In this document: piece after piece, positions 38,727 to 44,385 of the stretch | How the letters are laid out: each line of letters begins with the position of its first letter | How positions within the stretch are numbered: the stretch's first letter is position 1 | Assembly (NCBI GenBank): GCA_043718695.1 | Contig: JAYSVF010000238.1 | Location: 1-44,385 of the forward strand | Source: Acidimicrobiia bacterium | GTDB lineage: Bacteria; Actinomycetota; Acidimicrobiia; Acidimicrobiales; JANYDT01 | Reading direction: 5' to 3' | DNA: 44,385 nt | Notes under the pieces: generated by a model | Seen by the model: the letters and a program-made list of their open reading frames with translations, nothing else | Told to the model about the DNA's origin: nothing | The model's database searches: none | Translations under genes and position numbers: made by a program

Positions 38727-39542
38727 ATGGTGACTGCCCCAAACCTCGTTCTCCACTCCTGTGAGAGTGAAACGACAACTCCTCCGCCAGCGCAACGCCT
38801 TGGGCGCCGGACTATTCGAAGAGTCGCTGGGCTTTCGGTCGCAGTTACTACTGGTCTTTTGCTCACACAAAACGCTTCAGCGGTACCTAATCTTTCTCAA
38901 GCGACCATGATCGGTCAGCCCGCCGCCGGACAAGCGCTCTCCCAAGTTGCCGTGGTCCAGCCCCTTGGCGGTCAAACGGTCAATACGCAAATTGTTATTC
39001 CTGCAGTCCCACAAACTTCTGTGGTCATCACCCCCCGAATTGCCGCCAACGCCGTTCTGCCTACCCCCGATAATTCCCCGGTCATCGTCGAAGCCGGTGA
39101 TTTTGACGAGGATGAAACCGCCCCATCGGTCCAAATCACGCTCGGCACCTCGGCTACTGCTTGGAAGTGTCCCGTCGCTGGGGCAAAATTCACCAACGAT
39201 TGGGGGCAGAGCCGATCGGGCGGTCGAAGCCACACGGGAACCGACATGTTGGCACCACGAGGAACTCCGGTCCTAGCCCCGTTTGCCGGCACGGCCGTGC
39301 AAAAGTCGAGCAGCCGAGGAGGACTTTCGGTCTACCTAAAGGCGTCTGACGGAACGCAAATCTTCGGCGCCCATCTCTCCAGCTACGGCTCCGCAGGCAA
39401 GGTCAAGGCCGGAACGATCATTGGTTACGTGGGGAACACCGGTAACGCCGGTGGTGCGGCTCCTCACCTACACATCGAAATTCATCCCAAAAAGGGTACA
39501 AAAACCAACCCGTACCCAATCATGAAGAAAATCTGTGCCTAG
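38727..39542 (+). CDS. M23 family peptidoglycan metallopeptidase
   Basis: HTGTD (HxxxD), YVGNTGNA and PHLHIE (HxH); N-terminal signal peptide. Confidence 0.92.
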   Translation: MVTAPNLVLHSCESETTTPPPAQRLGRRTIRRVAGLSVAVTTGLLLTQNASAVPNLSQATMIGQPAAGQALSQVAVVQPLGGQTVNTQIVIPAVPQTSVVITPRIAANAVLPTPDNSPVIVEAGDFDEDETAPSVQITLGTSATAWKCPVAGAKFTNDWGQSRSGGRSHTGTDMLAPRGTPVLAPFAGTAVQKSSSRGGLSVYLKASDGTQIFGAHLSSYGSAGKVKAGTIIGYVGNTGNAGGAAPHLHIEIHPKKGTKTNPYPIMKKICA

Positions 39543-39650
39543 GGCTCACCCGAACCGACTCGATTTGCCGTTGATCTGAGTTACGCCCGGAGAGGTTGAG
39601 ACGTACCCGTTCGCTTCGTGGGTGAACGCTTCAACCCCTAAGGTAGAGGC

Positions 39651-39968
39651 GTGCGTGAAGTCCTCAGCGATATTGAACGGTGGCGCAAGCAGGGGCAGAG
39701 GATTGCCTTGGCCCGTGTAGTGGAGATCGAAGGCTCGGGGCCACGTGATCCCGGGGCAACGATGGCAGTCAATAGTGATGGCGAAGTAGCTGGCTCCGTA
39801 TCGGGTGGTTGCGTGGAAGGTGCTGTTCTCCACGAGGCGCTTTGTTTGCTCGACGGTGAACGTGGCGCTGGTGTCGTGACGTTCGGTTATTCCGATGATG
39901 AAGCCTTTGCGGTGGGGCTCACCTGCGGTGGCACGATCCACCTGTTCCTTGAAGAACTCAATTGGTAA
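39651..39968 (+). CDS. XdhC/CoxI family protein, N-terminal part
   Basis: GSGPRDPGA, GSVSGGCVE and AFAVGLTCGG. TAAGGT lies 6 nt before the GTG. Confidence 0.9.
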   Translation: MREVLSDIERWRKQGQRIALARVVEIEGSGPRDPGATMAVNSDGEVAGSVSGGCVEGAVLHEALCLLDGERGAGVVTFGYSDDEAFAVGLTCGGTIHLFLEELNW

Positions 39969-39976
39969 GCGAACAG

Positions 39977-40804
39977 ATGAGTGACTCAGGTGACGCCAAC
40001 AACAAAGCCGTTGACCTGTACACCTTGCTCCGTGATGCCATTCGTGCCGAACAGCCCGTTGCCCTCGCCACGCTCATTCGCCGGGCCGATGGGGGAGCAG
40101 TCGGTGGGCATCTCCTCGTCCGCCCAGGAAGTGCGCCGCTAGGGACATTGGGAGACGACGAGCTTGACCGGGTTGTGGCCCGTGATAGTGAAGGTGAACT
40201 CTCAGCTGGGCTCACGAGCACCCGTCATTACGGCCCCAAAGGCGAGGCTCGTCAAGAAGGGGTAAGCGTCTTCGTCGAGAGCTTCGCACCTCCACCTCGC
40301 ATGGTGATTTTTGGCGCGGTCGACTTCACCGCAGCGCTCGTGCGTGCCGCCAAGCTTCTTGGTTACCGCGTGACGGTTTGTGATGCACGTCCGGTGTTTG
40401 CAACCAAGCAACGGTTTCCGCTCGCCGATGAAGTGGTCAACGATTGGCCCGATCGATACCTCGATGCTCACGGAAAAAACCTCGGGGCGGCTGATGTCGT
40501 ATGCGTACTTACGCATGATCCAAAGTTTGATGTGCCGGCAATCAGCGCCGCGGTGAAAACCAAGGTGGGGTATCTGGGCGCCATGGGCTCTCGCAAAACC
40601 CACAACACCCGAACTGATCGCCTTCGCGAAGCCGGTCTCAGCGAAGACCAAATCGCTCGTGTTATGGGACCGATTGGCATCGATATTGGCGCTCGAACCC
40701 CTGAAGAAACTGCCATTTCCATTGTTGCTGAGATCATTGCTTTGCGAACCGGTCGAGCCGTTGCCTCGCTGCGTGATGGTGACGGCCCCATCCACCGTCG
40801 CTAG
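39977..40804 (+). CDS. XdhC family Moco chaperone, C-terminal part
   Basis: IFGAVDF, CDARPVFAT, LTHDPKFD, YLGAMGSR and IGARTPEETAISIVAEII. Confidence 0.9.
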   Translation: MSDSGDANNKAVDLYTLLRDAIRAEQPVALATLIRRADGGAVGGHLLVRPGSAPLGTLGDDELDRVVARDSEGELSAGLTSTRHYGPKGEARQEGVSVFVESFAPPPRMVIFGAVDFTAALVRAAKLLGYRVTVCDARPVFATKQRFPLADEVVNDWPDRYLDAHGKNLGAADVVCVLTHDPKFDVPAISAAVKTKVGYLGAMGSRKTHNTRTDRLREAGLSEDQIARVMGPIGIDIGARTPEETAISIVAEIIALRTGRAVASLRDGDGPIHRR

Positions 40805-40832
40805 GTGGAGCTTGCTTGATGAGGGTTCGTTC

Positions 40833-41507
40833 ATGAGCGTTGTTGCGGTTTTGCTGGCGGCGGGTGGGGCGTCCCGATTTCGCTCATCGGCGGAGAAAAA
40901 CGGGCTCACGGTCGCGCACAAGTTGTTTGCTCCGCTGCGAGGCGAAACGGTGTTCTCCTGCTCTCTTCGGAACTTGCTTGACGCCGCAGCCGAAGGTGCG
41001 ATCAGCGAAGTCATTGTGGTGCAAGGGGCGCTTGACCTCACGCAACTCGTACGAGAGGTTGTTGGGTCCCGAACGGTAAAGGTGCGCGTTGTCACCAACC
41101 CCGATTGGGCTCAAGGTCAAGCAACCTCGCTTGCCTTGGCCATAGACACGATCACCAAACCCAGACTCGGAGTCGAAGTTGGAGGCGAAGGGGGAGCCCA
41201 CGTGTCGCCTCAAGCAATACCTCAAGCAATGGTTGTGGGGCTTGGCGATCAACCATTCATCCCGGCATCAACCTGGGCTGCGCTAGCCAACGAGCCCTTC
41301 GAAAAGAAGATCGTGGTGGCCACCTACAACGGTCTACGGCGCAATCCCGTGCGGATCGACGCGGAATTGTGGGAAGAAATTCCACGCACCGGCGATGAGG
41401 GTGCGCGGCCGCTGTTGCGAAGTCGTCCGGAACTCGTTTCCGAACTACCCTGTGATGGCGATCCCGCCGACATCGACACAGTGGAGGACCTCCTGCGATG
41501 GAGCTAA
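40833..41507 (+). CDS. mocA: Molybdenum cofactor cytidylyltransferase-like nucleotidyltransferase
   Basis: LLAAGGASRF, NPDWAQGQATSL, LGDQP, NPV, GDEGAR and DIDT. Confidence 0.82.
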   Translation: MSVVAVLLAAGGASRFRSSAEKNGLTVAHKLFAPLRGETVFSCSLRNLLDAAAEGAISEVIVVQGALDLTQLVREVVGSRTVKVRVVTNPDWAQGQATSLALAIDTITKPRLGVEVGGEGGAHVSPQAIPQAMVVGLGDQPFIPASTWAALANEPFEKKIVVATYNGLRRNPVRIDAELWEEIPRTGDEGARPLLRSRPELVSELPCDGDPADIDTVEDLLRWS

Positions 41508-42361
41508 CCAACGAATTTCATGTAGCCGTGCCCCTAGAAAGGGCTTGGGCTGTGCTCACCGACGTTGAGCTCATTGCTCCCTGTCTCCCGGGCGCTCAGC
41601 TCGAAGAGATCGAGGGTAACGAGTACCGCGGTGGCGTAAAGATCAAAGTTGGGCCAATCACCGCCCAATACAAAGGTAAAGCCACGTTCTTGGAAAAGGA
41701 CGACGTCAACCACAAAGCGGTATTGCGAGCTGAGGGTCGTGACACGAAAGGTCAAGGGAACGCTTCTGCGACCATCACGGCAACACTCATCGCCGCTGGA
41801 ACCGGAACCGATGTAAAGGTTTCAACCGACTTAACGATTACGGGCAAAGTTGCCCAGTTCGGACGTGGCGTGCTTGCCGATGTGAGCGCCAAGATCCTTG
41901 GTCAGTTTGTCACCTGTCTTGAACATGATGTGCTTGTCCGGCCCGAAGAAACCCTCGCTGCCGTTGCTTCGGCCAGCGCAGAAAATTTGTCGTCTTCGGG
42001 CGCATTGGTTGGTTCTACTGGTTCAGCCGCAGCAGTTGCCGGTTCGGCCCTTACTTCAGCCCCGACTATCTCGACCTCATCGCCAACGCCAGCTTCGACA
42101 CCTTCAGCTCCGCTGACGGAGATCCCAGCTTCTTCTAGCACTCCCGCATCCAGCACTGCCGCAACAGGTACGGCACCAGCGCCGGGTTCGACCACAGGCG
42201 AGGGTACGGAAACCAAGCCGCCGGTTCGCAAAATTGAGTACAAGGCCGCAGAACCGGTCGACTTGCTTGATGCGGCAGGCTCGCCAGTTCTTAAGCGTGC
42301 TGCCCCGGTCTTGGTGGTTTTACTGCTGCTGTTTTGGTTGCTTCGCCGATCAAAAAAGTAG
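41498..42361 (+). CDS. coxG: CoxG/SRPBCC family protein with low-complexity linker and C-terminal membrane anchor
   Basis: IAPCLPGA, KIKVGPI and GKVAQFGRG; Ser/Thr/Ala/Pro linker; hydrophobic tail ending RRSKK. Confidence 0.9.
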   Translation: MELTNEFHVAVPLERAWAVLTDVELIAPCLPGAQLEEIEGNEYRGGVKIKVGPITAQYKGKATFLEKDDVNHKAVLRAEGRDTKGQGNASATITATLIAAGTGTDVKVSTDLTITGKVAQFGRGVLADVSAKILGQFVTCLEHDVLVRPEETLAAVASASAENLSSSGALVGSTGSAAAVAGSALTSAPTISTSSPTPASTPSAPLTEIPASSSTPASSTAATGTAPAPGSTTGEGTETKPPVRKIEYKAAEPVDLLDAAGSPVLKRAAPVLVVLLLLFWLLRRSKK

Positions 42362-42940
42362 TTGTTGACTGTCGAATCGCCCGGCACTCCAACAGAGGGT
42401 GACGGGAACCAAGAAATTTCGTCGACCCCGGTCTTTGCACAACCAGAACGAGCAAGCGAAGCCGATCTCGCTGCAGTGAGCGCCCTCATCGGACGCAAAC
42501 CAAAGACGGCTTTTTCGGTGGTAGTTCGTCGTGTCGATGGGGTGCCCGTCGTGACTCGGAATGCGCCACTAGAAGCCGACGGCACCCCGATGCCAACGCG
42601 TTACTGGTTACTGCCCTCAGCCGTGGCCAATGATGCAATTGGTCGCATCGAATCGACCGGTGGGGTCCGTCGGGCCGAAATCGAAATCGAAGCCAGCGTG
42701 ATTGAAGCGGTCCACAACGCCTATGCCGCGGAGCGAGATTTGGCTCTCCCTCCCGAATGGGAAGGTCCCCGGCCAACCGGTGGAGTCGGTGGGACCCGTA
42801 AAGGCCTTAAATGCCTGCACGCTCACTATGCAAACTATCTTGCCGGAAACAACGATGCCGTGGGTGAATGGCTGGAAGCGCAGCTGCTTCCCGAAGAACG
42901 CGATCAGCGGGTAACACCCCAGAACCTTCACGAAGGCTGA
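42362..42940 (+). CDS. DUF501 family protein
   Basis: DGTPMPTRYWL, GVGG and KCLHAHYA; lies upstream of ppx as in the actinobacterial eno operon. Confidence 0.9.
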   Translation: MLTVESPGTPTEGDGNQEISSTPVFAQPERASEADLAAVSALIGRKPKTAFSVVVRRVDGVPVVTRNAPLEADGTPMPTRYWLLPSAVANDAIGRIESTGGVRRAEIEIEASVIEAVHNAYAAERDLALPPEWEGPRPTGGVGGTRKGLKCLHAHYANYLAGNNDAVGEWLEAQLLPEERDQRVTPQNLHEG

Positions 42941-42943
42941 GTT

Positions 42944-43945
42944 ATGGATATCTCGATTCCGAATACGCTATCCTCGTCTGGAGTGCAGCCCCCGGTCGCC
43001 GTCGTTGACATTGGTTCGAATTCCGTCCGCCTAGCCATTAACGACGGAGTCTCCGATGTCGTGCGTAAGGTCGTGGTGACCCGTTTGGGAAGGTCGATGG
43101 CGGGTGCTTCGGGCGGAAGTGGATCTGCCGCTGGAACGGGCGAGCTCTCCCAAGCTGCATTGGATGAAACCTTTGCGTGTTTTGCTATGTACGCAGAAGA
43201 TATGCGCGCCTATGGGGTGGAGCGTTGTGATGTGTTTGCCACGGCAGCCGCTCGCAACGCATTGAACCGCAACGTCCTGTCCGAGGGAGTTCAATCGCTG
43301 CTAGGTCACCCACTTCGGATACTCACGGGTATTGAAGAAGCCGAACTTGCATGGATCGGGGCAACATCGTGGGCTCAACCGCGATTGACTCCCTTTGGCG
43401 AGCAGGCCTATGACCTCGTGATCGATATCGGTGGCGCTTCCACGGAGTTCATTGTGGGTAGGCCAGGCTTGACCCCAGAGGCACTGTATTCACTAGACGT
43501 TGGTTGCGTAAGTATCACCGAACAATTCCTGCACAACGACCCTCCTGGGCCAGTGGCGCTCTCCAGTGCCGTGGGGGTTGTGCGATCACATCTTGATGAT
43601 GTCGCTCGAGAGATTCCGCTGATCGCCAAAGCTGATCGGCTCATTGGAATTGCTGGTTCCATCACTACCGTTGCGGCTATCGAGATCGGCCTCAGGGTTT
43701 GGGATCCTGCACGGATTCATCGTTTCGAACTCACTCGTGCCGCCGTTGAAGACGTATTCCGAACCGTGGCCACCGAATCAGCGGTTGATCGTGCCGCGAA
43801 TCCTGGCCTTGCGCCGGATCGGGTGGGAACGATTGTGGGTGGATCGTTGATTTTGGCGGCGATTCTGCGTCATTTTGAGTTTGACGCACTCACCGTTTCC
43901 GTCACCGACAACCTTGACGCCGCCATCGCTCGGCTCCGCAGCTGA
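42944..43945 (+). CDS. ppx: Ppx/GppA family exopolyphosphatase
   Basis: DIGSNSVRL, ATAAARNA, EEAEL, DIGGASTE and LDVGCV. Confidence 0.93.
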   Translation: MDISIPNTLSSSGVQPPVAVVDIGSNSVRLAINDGVSDVVRKVVVTRLGRSMAGASGGSGSAAGTGELSQAALDETFACFAMYAEDMRAYGVERCDVFATAAARNALNRNVLSEGVQSLLGHPLRILTGIEEAELAWIGATSWAQPRLTPFGEQAYDLVIDIGGASTEFIVGRPGLTPEALYSLDVGCVSITEQFLHNDPPGPVALSSAVGVVRSHLDDVAREIPLIAKADRLIGIAGSITTVAAIEIGLRVWDPARIHRFELTRAAVEDVFRTVATESAVDRAANPGLAPDRVGTIVGGSLILAAILRHFEFDALTVSVTDNLDAAIARLRS

Positions 43946-44003
43946 AGCTTCAAAGCGTTCATGAAGTCCGCCGGATTGGATTCCGAGCAACCTGGTGCGT
44001 GTT

Positions 44004-44090
44004 CGCGCAAGTAATTGCGCAGTGATTTTGGTTTAGGTTCCGCGATGGTGCTGGGAATCGGGGTAACAACACTGCGCAATGAATTGCGCG
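44004..44090. repeat. Inverted pair of 21-bp self-palindromic units (REPIN-like or bidirectional terminator)
   Basis: CGCGCAAGTAATTGCGCAGTG (44004-44024) matches the reverse complement of 44070-44090 at 19/21; 45-bp spacer. Confidence 0.75.
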
Positions 44091-44106
44091 TCCCTGCACT
44101 GGGGTC

Positions 44107-44385
44107 CTAAGCAGTAACCGTAAGATCGACACGTATGGTCTGACGGGACAGGTCACCAATTTGGTAGGTGGTAACAATTTCGTGCAACCCTGGCGAAAGT
44201 TGATCGATCGATACTGGCCAACCACCCGCCATGATTTTCCACTTGCCCGGCGCGAACCCAAAGGGATTGTCGGCTTTCGTGGTCACCACAAATGCATCGC
44301 TTAGGGTTTTGAAGCGCCCCGCCCCTAGGTTGATCCCGTCGACCGTAACGGAGTAGCCAGTGATTTGATCGAGCCGACTTTGCAC
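44107..44385 (-). CDS. Hypothetical beta-rich protein, C-terminal part only (5' end beyond window)
   Basis: Frame open to the window edge; VTVDG...GWPVSIDQLSPGLHEI...LTVTA resembles Ig-like secreted protein tails. Confidence 0.55.
   Translation of the reverse strand: MQSRLDQITGYSVTVDGINLGAGRFKTLSDAFVVTTKADNPFGFAPGKWKIMAGGWPVSIDQLSPGLHEIVTTYQIGDLSRQTIRVDLTVTA

Noticed and set aside
39586-39637. Moco riboswitch upstream of xdhC
   Set aside because: A hairpin is present (GGTTGA...TCAACC), but it lies upstream of the predicted leaderless -10 and I could not match it to the Moco RNA consensus; more likely the M23 terminator.
39651-40804. Frameshifted xdhC pseudogene
   Set aside because: Both parts have intact motifs, a clean stop and their own start codons; split XdhC pairs are known, though a sequencing error cannot be fully excluded.
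43946-44106. tRNA-Leu, often found after ppx in actinobacteria
   Set aside because: No cloverleaf or T-loop GTTCRA in a tRNA context; only the inverted doublet is present.

Overview
About 44 kb of chromosome from a moderately GC-rich bacterium, most likely an actinobacterium, possibly Acidimicrobiia-like (inferred from gene order, TANNNT leaderless promoters and protein families). The backbone is the conserved mfd - PPIase - mazG - eno - divIC/ftsB - DUF501 - ppx neighbourhood, which here is heavily interrupted. About 26.5 kb separates divIC from DUF501. That stretch holds a form II (AYRGAGR) coxSLM-type molybdo-flavoenzyme and its dispersed accessory genes (coxD, coxE, split xdhC, mocA-like, coxG), a ZTP-riboswitch-controlled glyA, an LLM monooxygenase, a three-gene YqiJ-like / flotillin / 1658-aa AAA+ ATPase module, a HEAT-repeat protein, and a Thr-rich secreted protein plus M23 peptidase pair. 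The left end is an accessory patch: DinB gene, AlbA_2/Schlafen-HATPase gene, a degenerate copy of the dinB 5' end, a Phd-VapC toxin-antitoxin pair, an unannotated 43-aa ORF and a PhyH dioxygenase. The most unusual signal is a 10 x 20-bp array starting at the eno stop codon, in which 9 of 10 units read ATG-ACN-(Val/Ile/Leu)-TAG, a chain of tripeptide mini-ORFs around a TCTAGA/TAGATCTA palindrome upstream of the cell-division gene. No rRNA, tRNA, CRISPR array, integrase or transposase was seen. All family calls come from motif recognition by eye; no database searches were run.
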